From Alphaproteobacteria bacterium (GTDB taxonomy: Bacteria; Pseudomonadota; Alphaproteobacteria; MPNO01): a stretch of 64,000 bases of DNA. How positions within the stretch are numbered: the first letter of the stretch is position 1; each line of letters starts with the position of its first letter. The position numbers and the translations under genes are program-made. Below, piece after piece: positions 8,855 through 18,486 of this stretch. The notes under the pieces were generated by a model. The model was not told where the DNA came from, searched no databases, and saw nothing but the letters and a program-made list of their open reading frames with translations. The stretch spans positions 676,436 to 740,435 of the forward strand of contig CBDAUF010000001.1 in NCBI GenBank assembly GCA_965200535.1, read 5' to 3'.

Positions 8855-8938
8855 GCCAAGATCCTCCCTCGCACGGGCTTCGTTGGAGGCCAAGTTATAG
8901 AGGCGGCGGCGGCATCGCGCCAGAAGGCGGTTGCCCGC

Positions 8939-9790
8939 TCAGAACGCACGCAGGAATTCATCCAGCGCGGCAACGCACTTGGGTTCGGTCAGGGTCGGCG
9001 CGTGGCCGGTGCCCGGCACGGTCACCAGGCGGATATCCGGGTGCTCGCGGCCCATCCGAGCGAAGCAGTCCGGGGACAGCACATCGGACACCTCGCCGCG
9101 AAAGGCGAGCACGGGAACCGCGCGCAACCCGCGGAAAAGAGGCCAGAGGTCGGGGAGCGCGCGCCTGTTCTCGAACAGCGGCTTGACGATATTCACGTCC
9201 CAGTCGAAGTGCAGGAGCCCATCCTCGCCTTCCCGATAGGTGTTGCGGATCATGCCCTGGAACATGGCCTCGGTCTGGAACACCGCGTTGGGCACATGCG
9301 TCCGGATCGTCTCGGCCGCGCTGGCCCAGTCGGGCTGCGGGCGGTCGGCAGCGATATAGGCGAGAATATCGTCGAAGCTGTGTTGCACGACTTCCGGGCC
9401 GATGTCGTTGAGCACCGCGCCTGCGAGAGACGACGGCATCAGCGCGCCCAGCGCCATCGCGAGCACGCCGCCGAGCGACGTGCCGACCGCAACGAAGCGG
9501 TGCGTGTTGGCGACCGCGAGCATTTGGGCGATGTCGTCGAGATAGGTCCGGGGCTCGTAGTTGCGCCATTGCGGGTCGCGGTCGGACCGTCCGCGTCCGC
9601 GCAGGTCCGGGCACAGCACCCGCCGGTCTCCGGCGAGCCGGCTGGCCAGCGGGTCGAAATCGCTCGCGTTGCGGCTGAAACCGCCGAGGCAGAGCACCGG
9701 CATCGCGGGCGCGGCCGGATCGCCGTAGTCGCGGAAATAGAGCCCGAGTCCGTCCCGGGCGGTGAACCGGCGTTCGCGGTACGCGGCCAA
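8939..9790 (-). CDS. Alpha/beta hydrolase
   Basis: PDLRGRGRS, GTSLGG nucleophile elbow, LNDIGP, GHAP; start approximate. Confidence 0.85.
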   Translation of the reverse strand: MAAYRERRFTARDGLGLYFRDYGDPAAPAMPVLCLGGFSRNASDFDPLASRLAGDRRVLCPDLRGRGRSDRDPQWRNYEPRTYLDDIAQMLAVANTHRFVAVGTSLGGVLAMALGALMPSSLAGAVLNDIGPEVVQHSFDDILAYIAADRPQPDWASAAETIRTHVPNAVFQTEAMFQGMIRNTYREGEDGLLHFDWDVNIVKPLFENRRALPDLWPLFRGLRAVPVLAFRGEVSDVLSPDCFARMGREHPDIRLVTVPGTGHAPTLTEPKCVAALDEFLRAF

Positions 9791-9800
9791 GCGCGGCCCG

Positions 9801-10487
9801 TCAGGCGCCGACCAGGGCAGGCAGGTCGGCGAGCGAGGAGAGTTCGGCCTGGATGTCGCCCGGCAACTCCTCCGCCGGCTGGTCGAAGCGGTTGATCCAC
9901 GCCACCCGGAAGCCGAACGCCGCGGCGCCGCGTGCATCCCAGCCGTTGGACGACTGGAAGCAGACCTGCCGGGCGGGCAGCCGCAACTCGTCGACAACGA
10001 TCTGGTAGACCGACGGGTGAGGTTTGAAGATCTCCGCCCGGTCCACCGAGTAGACCGCGTCGATGAGGTCGTCCAGCCCGGCGTTCTTGACCGCAGCGAC
10101 CAGCATCGTCATCGAGCCGTTCGAGAGGATCGCGGTTTTCGTTCCGGTCTCCTTCAGGCGTTCGAGGCAGCCGCGCGCGTCGGGATAGGGATCGAGGCTG
10201 AGATAGAGCTGCATCAATTCCGCCCGCAGGGCGGGATCGTCGAGACCCACCGCCTTCATCGAATAGTCGAGCGCCTCTCCGGTCACGTGCCAGAAGTCCA
10301 CGAACCGGCCCATCAGGCTGCGCAGCCAAGTGTATTGAAGCTGCTTCTGCCGCCAGAGCGCCGACAGCTCGTCGGCGCGGCCGCCCACCCTGCTGCGGCA
10401 GCGGTCCACGGCGGAATTGAAATCGAACAGTGTCCCGTAGGCGTCGAAGACGCAGGCGCCGATGTCCTCAAACCCCGGTTCGGCCAT
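9801..10487 (-). CDS. Haloacid dehalogenase type II (L-2-haloacid dehalogenase-like)
   Basis: FDAYGTLFD, WRQKQL, LSNG, FKP, SSNGWD. Confidence 0.9.
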   Translation of the reverse strand: MAEPGFEDIGACVFDAYGTLFDFNSAVDRCRSRVGGRADELSALWRQKQLQYTWLRSLMGRFVDFWHVTGEALDYSMKAVGLDDPALRAELMQLYLSLDPYPDARGCLERLKETGTKTAILSNGSMTMLVAAVKNAGLDDLIDAVYSVDRAEIFKPHPSVYQIVVDELRLPARQVCFQSSNGWDARGAAAFGFRVAWINRFDQPAEELPGDIQAELSSLADLPALVGA

Positions 10488-10971
10488 CGGCCTCATCTCC
10501 TTTGCCCTGCCCGCGCGGCGTCCGCGACGGGACCCAGACCGTGGCTTCCCCGTCGATCACCACCGTATCGCCCACGCTGCATACGGTGGCGATGGTCGCC
10601 CGGTTCCGGCTGCGGTCGATTTCGGTGACCGTGGCCCGCGCGGTCACCGTGTCGCCGATGCGGACCGGCGCCATGAACCGGGTGTTCTGGGTCAGGTAGA
10701 TCGCTCCCGGGCCGGGCATACGGGTGCCGATGACAGCGGAGATCAGGCTCGCGGTATGGGCGCCGTGCACCACGCGGCCGGCGAAGCGGCTCGCGGCGGC
10801 GAACTCCTCGTGGACGTGCAGCGGGTTGTCGTCGCCCGAAAGACCGGCGAACAGGCTCACGTCGCCGTCCCCGATCGTCCGTCCGTAGACCGCGGTCATG
10901 CCGACCTCGAGGTCCTCGATATAGTAGCCGTGCAGCGGGTCTCCGGCCGCCGGCGGGGGCTGCGAATCCAT
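10468..10971 (-). CDS. phaJ: MaoC family (R)-specific enoyl-CoA hydratase
   Basis: FAGLSGDDNPLH, VVHG, PGPGAIY; inside the PHA cluster. Confidence 0.82.
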   Translation of the reverse strand: MDSQPPPAAGDPLHGYYIEDLEVGMTAVYGRTIGDGDVSLFAGLSGDDNPLHVHEEFAAASRFAGRVVHGAHTASLISAVIGTRMPGPGAIYLTQNTRFMAPVRIGDTVTARATVTEIDRSRNRATIATVCSVGDTVVIDGEATVWVPSRTPRGQGKGDEADGRTGV

Positions 10972-10993
10972 CTCTGTTCCTCTTGAGGTCCTG

Positions 10994-11236
10994 CTATCCG
11001 GACGGCCGCTTCTGGAATCCCTGCACGAAGGCGTCGCGGAAGGTTTCCAGCGCCTTGCTGCCCATCGGCATCCAGGTCTTCATCAGCGCCTCCGGGTCCA
11101 TCGCCGCGATGTGGGTGCGCAGCTGTTCCTGGATCTGGGCCATCGCTTCCTTCTGGAATGCCTCCACGTCGGGCAGGCCGAGGAAGGCCCGCGCCTCCTG
11201 GGGCGAACAATCGATGTCGATGGACAGTTTCATCAT
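10994..11236 (-). CDS. DUF6489-like small protein
   Basis: MKLSIDIDCSPQEARAFLGLPDV; overlaps the phaC stop. Confidence 0.7.
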   Translation of the reverse strand: MMKLSIDIDCSPQEARAFLGLPDVEAFQKEAMAQIQEQLRTHIAAMDPEALMKTWMPMGSKALETFRDAFVQGFQKRPSG

Positions 11237-13032
11237 CCCCTCTCCGCGGTTGCGCCGGATTGACTGCGCCGTCTGACGTAGGAGCCGGGCGCCGCCTCGA
11301 TGACGGCAAGGCCGCCGCCCGGCGTCCGGGCGGGGACCCTCCTGCCGGAACGCCGCGACAGCCAGCGGTGCCAGTCCGGCCACCATGAGCCCGGATGCTC
11401 TTCCGCATCGGCGAACCAAGTCTCGAAATCATCGTATGCTTCGTCGTTCTCGACCAGCCAGTAGCGGTATTTGCGCTTTTCCGGCGGGTTGATCACGCCC
11501 GCGATATGGCCCGATCCGGCGAGTACGAACCTGTTACGGCCGCCCAGCAGCCGGGTCATCTTGAACACCGATGCGGCCGGTGCGATGTGGTCTTCCCGGG
11601 AGGCCTGGATATAGGCAGGGACGCCGATCCTCCCGAGGTCGATTTTCTCGCCGAGCAGCACGAACCCGCCCGGCCGGGCGAGGTTGTTGTGCCGGTACAT
11701 GTTGTGCAGATAGGCGACGAACAGGCGGGCCGGGAAATGGGTCGAGTCGGCGTTCCAGTAGAGCAGGTCGAACGCCGGCGGATCCTTGCCCAGCAGGTAG
11801 TTGTTGATCACGAAGTACCAGATAAGGTCGTTGGCGCGGAGCGCGTTGAACGCCGCCGACATGTTCGCCGCGTCGAGATAGCCCTTGCTGCGCACTTCCG
11901 CCTCCAGCGCCTCCATATGGGCTCCGTCGGTGAACACCCGGAGGTCGCCGGCATCCTCGAAATCAACCTGGGAGGCGAAAAATGTGGCGGCGCCGATCCG
12001 CCTGTCGCCGACCGCGTCCATGTACGCGAGGGTCGCCGCCAGCAGCGTGCCGCCGATGCAGTAGCCGATCGCCGTCGACCGGCGTTCCCCCGTCGCCCGT
12101 TCGATGGCCTCGAGCGCGGCAAGGATGCCGTCGCGGACATAGTCGTCGAATGACAGCCCCGCGTGGCTTTCGTCCGGGTTGACCCAGGAGACGACAAAGA
12201 CGGTATAGCCGCGCCCGACCGCCCAGCGGATGAACGAATTATCGGGCCTGAGGTCGAGGATATAGAACTTGTTGATCCACGGCGGGACGATCAGCAGCGG
12301 TTTCTTGTAGACCGTCTCGGTGGCCGGCTCGTACTGGATGAGCTGCATCAGCGGTGTCTGATGGACGACCGCGCCCGGGCTGGTGGCGATGTTCTTGCCG
12401 ATCTCGAAGGCGTCCATGTCGGTCTGCTTCGGGCGCAGCCCGTGTTCGGAATCCTTGAGGTCCTCGCCAAGCTGCCGCAGCCCGCGCATGAGGCTTTCGC
12501 CCCCGGTCTCGCGCATCTCGCGGAGGACCGTCGGGTTGGTCAGCGGGAAATTGGCGGGCGACAGGGCGTCCACGATCTGCCGGCCGATGAAATCGAGCCT
12601 GGCGGCGTCGTCCCGGTCGAGCCCCTCGATCCCGGCGAGGCTCCGCCGCAGCCAGCGCGCGTTGAGCAGATACGACTGTCTGAGGAAGTCGAAGACCGGG
12701 TTGTCCGACCATTCGGCATCCCGGAACCGGTGATCGTCCGCGCCGGGCTCGATCACCGGCACGGCCTCGCGTCCCATCATGCGCGCGGTGGTGGACGCCC
12801 ACAGGGTCTGGAAGTCGTTCCAGAGTTCCATCTGGGCTTCCATCAGCTTCGCCGGATCCGCCCGGGCGCCGGCGAACGGGCCGGCTTCCTCTCCGGCCGC
12901 TGCCGACGACGAGAGCGCGTCGAGCCATTGCGGCCAGCCGTCCTGCCATTGTCTGGCGGCCGCACCGAGGGTTTCGCCAAGCGCGGCGAACGGGTCGTTC
13001 CTCCCGCTGGAATCGGTGTCGTTGCCCGTCAT
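11233..13032 (-). CDS. phaC: Class I polyhydroxyalkanoate synthase
   Basis: PPWINKFYILDL, GYCIGG, LLYWNAD, EDHI, SGHIAG, SWW. Confidence 0.96.
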   Translation of the reverse strand: MTGNDTDSSGRNDPFAALGETLGAAARQWQDGWPQWLDALSSSAAAGEEAGPFAGARADPAKLMEAQMELWNDFQTLWASTTARMMGREAVPVIEPGADDHRFRDAEWSDNPVFDFLRQSYLLNARWLRRSLAGIEGLDRDDAARLDFIGRQIVDALSPANFPLTNPTVLREMRETGGESLMRGLRQLGEDLKDSEHGLRPKQTDMDAFEIGKNIATSPGAVVHQTPLMQLIQYEPATETVYKKPLLIVPPWINKFYILDLRPDNSFIRWAVGRGYTVFVVSWVNPDESHAGLSFDDYVRDGILAALEAIERATGERRSTAIGYCIGGTLLAATLAYMDAVGDRRIGAATFFASQVDFEDAGDLRVFTDGAHMEALEAEVRSKGYLDAANMSAAFNALRANDLIWYFVINNYLLGKDPPAFDLLYWNADSTHFPARLFVAYLHNMYRHNNLARPGGFVLLGEKIDLGRIGVPAYIQASREDHIAPAASVFKMTRLLGGRNRFVLAGSGHIAGVINPPEKRKYRYWLVENDEAYDDFETWFADAEEHPGSWWPDWHRWLSRRSGRRVPARTPGGGLAVIEAAPGSYVRRRSQSGATAERG

Positions 13033-13193
13033 ATCGTTCGCGGCCCGTGCGAGGGCGTTTCCGGCCTGTGGAAGGCGGGGGAGTCTACGCCGTTGTCGTG
13101 CGCGGCAAAAGCGGGCGCGGCATCGCTGCCGCGCCCGCAGTCGCCGTGTGCAGCCCTTGCTGCACTTTACGCCCTGTTACGCTACGCACACGT

Positions 13194-13586
13194 CTACGCC
13201 GTGTAGGGCCTTAGATAGGGCTCCATGGCAGCGTTGGCACGTGCATTCAGCGGCGCCGAGGCCTTCACCGCGGTGTCGCCGACGATTCGGCCGATTTTGG
13301 TGGTTTGCGCAACCGCGCTGTTGACCGTTTCCTTGCCGGCCTCGATCTGGACCGCCGCGAGTTCCTGCGGCGTCGCCACCGCGGACAGGCGTTCGATGAG
13401 GTCGAAATTCCGGGTCATGGCGGCGCGGGTATATGCCGTCATTTCGGCGACGCACGCCTGCACGCCCTCGATGGCATGCGCCGACGCTTCGGCCAGGGCG
13501 TCGAGGTTGGCGGCGCCAGCGGCCTTCGCCATCTCGATCTGCGCCTCGATACCCGCCGTTCCGGCGGCAGCCTTTTCTGAAGTCAT
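13194..13586 (-). CDS. phaP: Phasin family protein
   Basis: Ala-rich helical 130 aa with ATPQELAAVQ motif, between phaC and phaR. Confidence 0.78.
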   Translation of the reverse strand: MTSEKAAAGTAGIEAQIEMAKAAGAANLDALAEASAHAIEGVQACVAEMTAYTRAAMTRNFDLIERLSAVATPQELAAVQIEAGKETVNSAVAQTTKIGRIVGDTAVKASAPLNARANAAMEPYLRPYTA

Positions 13587-13616
13587 GGGTTTCTCCGTTG
13601 TGTTCGAGCGACTAGA

Positions 13617-13700
13617 ATTTTGCGATGCAAAATATATAGTGAGGATGGGCGCCGAAAACAACGAAAATTCTGCGCTGCAAAATTAATCTTTGCAGCGCAG
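13617..13700. promoter_or_regulatory. PhaR-type operator array (three TGC-N3-GCA sites)
   Basis: ATTTTGCGATGCAAAAT palindrome (13617-13633) and inverted repeat CTGCGCTGCAAA-N7-TTTGCAGCGCAG (13670-13700) in the AT-rich phaP/phaR gap. Confidence 0.7.
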
Positions 13701-13748
13701 CAGCGCACGCCGTGGCAGAATGGCCCGGCGAAGGGAGCGGCTCCGCCC

Positions 13749-14345
13749 GTGATCGAACCCAAGCCCGACGAGCCCGTCGTCATCAAGAAATACGCCAACC
13801 GTCGGCTGTACGACACGGCGACCGCATCGTTCGTCCGGCTCGACGATCTCCACCGGATGGTGAAGGAGGGTGTGCTCTTCACCGTGCGCGACGAGAAGTC
13901 GGGCCGCGACATCACCGCCTCGGTCCTCGCCCAGATTATCGCCGAGGAGGAGACCAAGGGGCACAACGTCCTGCCGCACGACTATCTGCGCCAGGTGCTC
14001 AAGGCGTACGGCGAGGGGGTGGGGCCGCAGCTTGCCGCCTATCTAGAGCGCAGCATGGAGGTCTTCGCGAGCCACCAGGAAAACGTTGCCAGAGAGATGG
14101 GCCGTGTGTTCGATCCCGGCGCGGCGTTCGACCGGATTGCCGACATGTCGCGCCGTAACCTGGAAGAACTCCAGCGCTCGTTCGCCGCCTTCGGCGCACC
14201 GCGGCCGGAGACGGACGAGGCCGCCGCCGACGGAGCCGAGGACACGGATGCAGATGCTCTCCGGCGCAAGGTCGAGGCCCTGGAGGAGCGGATCGCGGAA
14301 CTGGAACGCGCACGCCCGTCCGGTTCCCGGAACGAGCGAGGCTAA
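13749..14345 (+). CDS. phaR: PHA synthesis repressor PhaR
   Basis: VIKKYANRRLYDT, DITASVLAQII, YLERSM. Confidence 0.93.
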   Translation: MIEPKPDEPVVIKKYANRRLYDTATASFVRLDDLHRMVKEGVLFTVRDEKSGRDITASVLAQIIAEEETKGHNVLPHDYLRQVLKAYGEGVGPQLAAYLERSMEVFASHQENVAREMGRVFDPGAAFDRIADMSRRNLEELQRSFAAFGAPRPETDEAAADGAEDTDADALRRKVEALEERIAELERARPSGSRNERG

Positions 14346-14572
14346 CGGACCGCCGCGTTCGACCGGACACGAGGCCGGACGCTCCACGGGTGTCCGGGGG
14401 ATTCCGGGGATGCCGGTGCGGAGCGGCGGCCGGAGCGAGGGCTTACACAGGGATCTGATCTGTCCCCGCCGCGCCGCGCGGGCAACGCCGACCGGATATC
14501 TTGCGCCGACAACAGCCGATCGCCCCGCTGCCTCTCGGCCTTCCGCAACAAGAATGCTCCGAACCGCGATTT

Positions 14573-14587
14573 GTTCTTGATATGTTC
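14573..14587 (+). promoter_or_regulatory. Alphaproteobacterial LexA (SOS) box
   Basis: Exact GTTC-TTGATAT-GTTC (GTTC-N7-GTTC) 24 bp upstream of the radical SAM ATG. Confidence 0.8.
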
Positions 14588-14611
14588 TAGCGTTCAGGAT
14601 AGATTGTTGCG

Positions 14612-15688
14612 ATGGATGTTCCCCTCCCCGATACCCCGCGAAAGGGGCGCGGCGCGGTCAGCAACCGGGCGGGTCGGTTCGAGCCGCATACCCGCGAGGC
14701 GGTCGACGACGGCTGGCCGGCCGGAGAGGAGCCGCCGCCGCTTAGGACCACGGTCACCCCCGATTCCTCCAAGACAATCATCGCCCGCAACGCGTCGCCC
14801 GATGTGCCGTTCGACCGTTCCATCAACCCCTATCGCGGCTGCGAACACGGCTGCGTCTATTGTTTCGCGCGCCCGACGCACGCCTTTCTCGGCCTCTCGC
14901 CGGGCCTCGATTTCGAAACGAGGCTGTTCTACAAGCCGGAGGCCGCGCGCCTGTTGGAGGACGAGCTGCGCGATCCGGGCTACCGGTGCCGGACGATGGC
15001 GATGGGGACCAATACCGACCCCTACCAGCCCATCGAGCGCGAATACCGCATCACCCGGTCGGTTCTCGAAGTGCTGTCGGACTGCAACCATCCGGTCGGG
15101 ATTGTCACCAAGTCGGGTCTCGTGGTCCGCGATCTCGACATCCTGGCCCCGATGGCGGCGCGCGGGCTCGCTTTCGTCTGCGTATCCGTGACGACGCTCG
15201 ACCGCGGGCTGGCGCGCCTGCTGGAGCCGCGCGCGCCGACGCCGGCCCGTCGGATCGACACGATCGGGCAGCTCGCGGATGCGGGCGTGCCGACAGGCGT
15301 GATGGCCGCTCCGATGATCCCCGGCCTCACCGACCATGAGATGGAAGCGATCCTCGAGGCTGCGCGGGCCGCGGGTGCGCGCTCGGCGGGCCATGTTCTC
15401 CTCCGCCTGCCGCGCGAGATTGCCGGCCTGTTCACCGAGTGGCTGGAAACGCACCGTCCGGACCGCGCGGCAAGGGTCCTGAGCCTGATGCGGCAGTCGC
15501 ACGGCGGCAAGGTCTACCGGTCCGGTTACGGACGGCGCATGCGGGGCGAAGGACCCTACGCGGCACTGATGGCGAAGCGTTTCGAGGCGGCGCGCAAGCG
15601 CCTCGGCTTCACCGGCCGCGGGGCCACGCTCGACACCGCGCAATTCAGGCGCCCCCGCAGGCCGGGAGATCAGTTGGCCCTGTTCTGA
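14612..15688 (+). CDS. PA0069/Rv2578c family radical SAM protein (SplB-like)
   Basis: SINPYRGCEHGCVYCFAR CxxxCxxC, GTNTDPYQP, C-terminal QLALF clamp-binding-like motif. Confidence 0.9.
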   Translation: MDVPLPDTPRKGRGAVSNRAGRFEPHTREAVDDGWPAGEEPPPLRTTVTPDSSKTIIARNASPDVPFDRSINPYRGCEHGCVYCFARPTHAFLGLSPGLDFETRLFYKPEAARLLEDELRDPGYRCRTMAMGTNTDPYQPIEREYRITRSVLEVLSDCNHPVGIVTKSGLVVRDLDILAPMAARGLAFVCVSVTTLDRGLARLLEPRAPTPARRIDTIGQLADAGVPTGVMAAPMIPGLTDHEMEAILEAARAAGARSAGHVLLRLPREIAGLFTEWLETHRPDRAARVLSLMRQSHGGKVYRSGYGRRMRGEGPYAALMAKRFEAARKRLGFTGRGATLDTAQFRRPRRPGDQLALF

Positions 15689-15695
15689 CCCCGGG

Positions 15696-16907
15696 TCACG
15701 CCGCGCCGCGCGACAGCCGCGCGAGCGGCCGGTCGGGGATCGGCAGGTGGAGCAGCGTCGCCGCGAACCCGGCGGCGATGGCGAAGGCCCAAACGGCATC
15801 GTAGGAACCGGTCGCGTCGTAGGAGAGCCCGCCCAGCCAGACGCCGAGAAAACTTCCCAACTGATGGCTCATGAAGGCGATGGCAGCGAGGGTGGCCATG
15901 TAGCGCGGCCCGAATATGCGGGCGATCAGGCCGGTGGTGAGGGGCACCGTGCTGAGCCACAGCAGCCCCATGACCCCGGCGAAGACGAGAACGCCCGCCT
16001 CGGTCAGGGGCACGGAGAGAAAGACCAGCATGGCGGCGCTGCGGGCGCAGTAGATCCCGCTCAGCAGGAATTTCATCCGGTAACGGTCGCCGAGGCGCCC
16101 GGCGGCGATGGTTCCGAACAGGTTGAACAGGCCGATGGTGGCGATCGCCGCGGCGCCGAGCGCCGGCGCCAGTCCGCCGTCGGCGATGTAGGCCGGGAGG
16201 TGGGTGGCGATGAATTGCACCTGCAGGCCGCAGACGAAGTATCCGGTCACCAACATCACGTAGCCGCGGTGGCCGGCGGCCTCGCGCAAGGCCTCGCCGA
16301 GGCTCTGCCGCGCCCGCTGCGAGAGACCGGCCGCGGTGCCCGCCCGGAGGGAAAGCGCGAGCGGCACAGCGACCGCCATGGCGATTGCCATCGCCGTCAG
16401 CGCGCCCCGCCAGTCGAAGACCTCGATCATCGCCTGGCTGAACGGGACGAACACGAACTGCCCCAGCGTGCCGCCCGCCGTGGTGATGCCGAGCCACGTG
16501 ACCCGGCGCTCCTCCGGCGCGATGCGCCCGACCAGCGCGTTCATCAGGCCCAGCCCGCAGCCGCTCATCCCGATCCCGATCAGGAAGCCGGTGCCGAGCA
16601 GGAACCCGCCCGTCGTCGCCGCCTGGGACGACAGCAGGAGCCCGACAATCCCGATCGCCACGCCGGTGGTTATCACGCGCACCGGACCCCAGCGGTCGGC
16701 GATCATCGCCGCGAACGGCGCGGCGAGGCCGACGACGAGATTCTGGGTCGCGATGGCGATCGAGATCGGCTCGCGCCCCCAGGCGAGATCGACGCTGATG
16801 GGCTGGATGAACAGGCCGAAGGACTGCCGCACGCCGGAGGTCACGAGCAGGATGCAGGTCGCCCCCAGCAGCACGTAGACCGGCGTTCTCCAGAAGCCGG
16901 CGATCAT
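15696..16907 (-). CDS. MFS transporter
   Basis: Hydrophobic; RQSFGLF, IADRWG, FVCGLQV, WLSTVPLT, HQLGSF. Confidence 0.88.
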   Translation of the reverse strand: MIAGFWRTPVYVLLGATCILLVTSGVRQSFGLFIQPISVDLAWGREPISIAIATQNLVVGLAAPFAAMIADRWGPVRVITTGVAIGIVGLLLSSQAATTGGFLLGTGFLIGIGMSGCGLGLMNALVGRIAPEERRVTWLGITTAGGTLGQFVFVPFSQAMIEVFDWRGALTAMAIAMAVAVPLALSLRAGTAAGLSQRARQSLGEALREAAGHRGYVMLVTGYFVCGLQVQFIATHLPAYIADGGLAPALGAAAIATIGLFNLFGTIAAGRLGDRYRMKFLLSGIYCARSAAMLVFLSVPLTEAGVLVFAGVMGLLWLSTVPLTTGLIARIFGPRYMATLAAIAFMSHQLGSFLGVWLGGLSYDATGSYDAVWAFAIAAGFAATLLHLPIPDRPLARLSRGAA

Positions 16908-16948
16908 CCGATCATGTCCTCGCTGCCGCGGCCGTGCGACGCGCAGAC

Positions 16949-18400
16949 TTACGCAAACACGTCGGGGAACCGCGCCCGCACTTCCGCGGCGAGTTCCGGC
17001 GAGGTCTGCGCCACGCGCGGGAAGGAATCGAGCCGCTCGTAGGGGATGCACGCATCGATGACGACACGCGAATTGTAGAGTTTCTCGTCGGTCACCATGG
17101 TGTCCAGCCGTGACGACCAGTTGCGGTCGAGCACGGTGAAATCGGTCTTGGGGTCGGTGCGGGTCCCCATCGCCCAGATCACGTCGTGGATATCCGTCGG
17201 GTCGATGTCGTCGTCGACCACGACGATATAGCGCCCGACATAGCCTACCGGATTGACCTGCGAGGCGACCAGGCCGGCCTGGTTGGCGTGGCCGAAATAG
17301 CGTTGCCTGATCGCCACGACGACAAAGGTCCGGCCCGCGCCGGCCTGATGCACCCAGACGCCCTTGACATCGGGGATGCCCGCGCCCTCCAGAGAATCGA
17401 GAAGCCCGGCGGAGCGGATGAAGCAGCGCTCGAAGAGGTGGGAGTGCGGCGGCTTCTGGCTCGCGGCACAGGTCAGGATCGGATCGTTGCGGTAATAGAC
17501 CCGCTTGATCTCGATGACCGGCTCTTCCCTGGCATCGCCCGCGTAATATCCCGTCCATTCGCCGAACGGGCCTTCCATCGCGGTCCGGTCGGGCGATACC
17601 TCGCCCTCGAGCACGATCTCCGCGCGGGCCGGGAACGGCAGCCCGGTCAGCGCACCCTCGATGCAGTCGATCGGCCGGCCGACCAACCCGCCGGCCCAAT
17701 CGAACTCCGGCACATGGTCGGAGAGCGTGTAGCGCGCGGCGATGTAGGTGGCCGGGTCTATGCCGACGACGATGGCCATCGGGCAGGGCTTGCCAGCCTT
17801 GAGATACTTGTCGCGGTGGATGCGGCCCTGCTTGCCGTTGGAGATGTAGGAGGTGGCGAGGTTGCGGCCGTTCACCTGCACGCGGTAGGTGCCGACATTG
17901 ATGCGTCCGGTGTCGGGATCGCGGGTGACCACACCGCAGGCGGTGCCGATATAACGCCCGCCGTCGTGCTCGTGGTGAATCGGCACCGGGAACTTGAGCA
18001 GGTCGACATCGCCGCCGCAGTCGACATTCTCCATCACCGGCCCGTCTTCCACGATGCGGGGCGGGATCGGCGACTGGCTCTTGATCCGCTTGCGGTAGGT
18101 ATCCAGCATCGTCCGCCGGTCGCCGGACAGAGACGGATCGATGCCGAGCGCGAGCGCCAGTCTGAGGGGGGAGCCGAGCATGCCGTAGAGGCAGCGCATC
18201 CCCTTGCCGTAGCCCGGCACGTCGTCGAACAGCAGCAGCGGAGACTTGTCCACCTTCTCGCGGTAGAGCACCTCGGTGACCGCGCCGAGCTCCCGGTCCC
18301 AGTGAGCCCCCGCAACATGCCGGACCTCTCCCCCTTCCTCGACGGCGGCGAGGAAGGCTCTCAGGTCGGTCTGTATCTCATCGTTGCGCTGCATCGGCAA
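16949..18400 (-). CDS. UbiD family prFMN-dependent (de)carboxylase, paralogue 2
   Basis: DGGRYIG, NVGTYR, EIVLEG, EGPFGEWTGYY, VDDDID, WAMGTR. Confidence 0.92.
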   Translation of the reverse strand: MPMQRNDEIQTDLRAFLAAVEEGGEVRHVAGAHWDRELGAVTEVLYREKVDKSPLLLFDDVPGYGKGMRCLYGMLGSPLRLALALGIDPSLSGDRRTMLDTYRKRIKSQSPIPPRIVEDGPVMENVDCGGDVDLLKFPVPIHHEHDGGRYIGTACGVVTRDPDTGRINVGTYRVQVNGRNLATSYISNGKQGRIHRDKYLKAGKPCPMAIVVGIDPATYIAARYTLSDHVPEFDWAGGLVGRPIDCIEGALTGLPFPARAEIVLEGEVSPDRTAMEGPFGEWTGYYAGDAREEPVIEIKRVYYRNDPILTCAASQKPPHSHLFERCFIRSAGLLDSLEGAGIPDVKGVWVHQAGAGRTFVVVAIRQRYFGHANQAGLVASQVNPVGYVGRYIVVVDDDIDPTDIHDVIWAMGTRTDPKTDFTVLDRNWSSRLDTMVTDEKLYNSRVVIDACIPYERLDSFPRVAQTSPELAAEVRARFPDVFA

Positions 18401-18486
18401 ATCCTCGAACGCCGGCCGCCGCAGCCTGTCGCCGCGGCGGTCCTGCGGCTCTCCCGATCAGCGGGTTCGCCGGCCTTCCCGACCTG

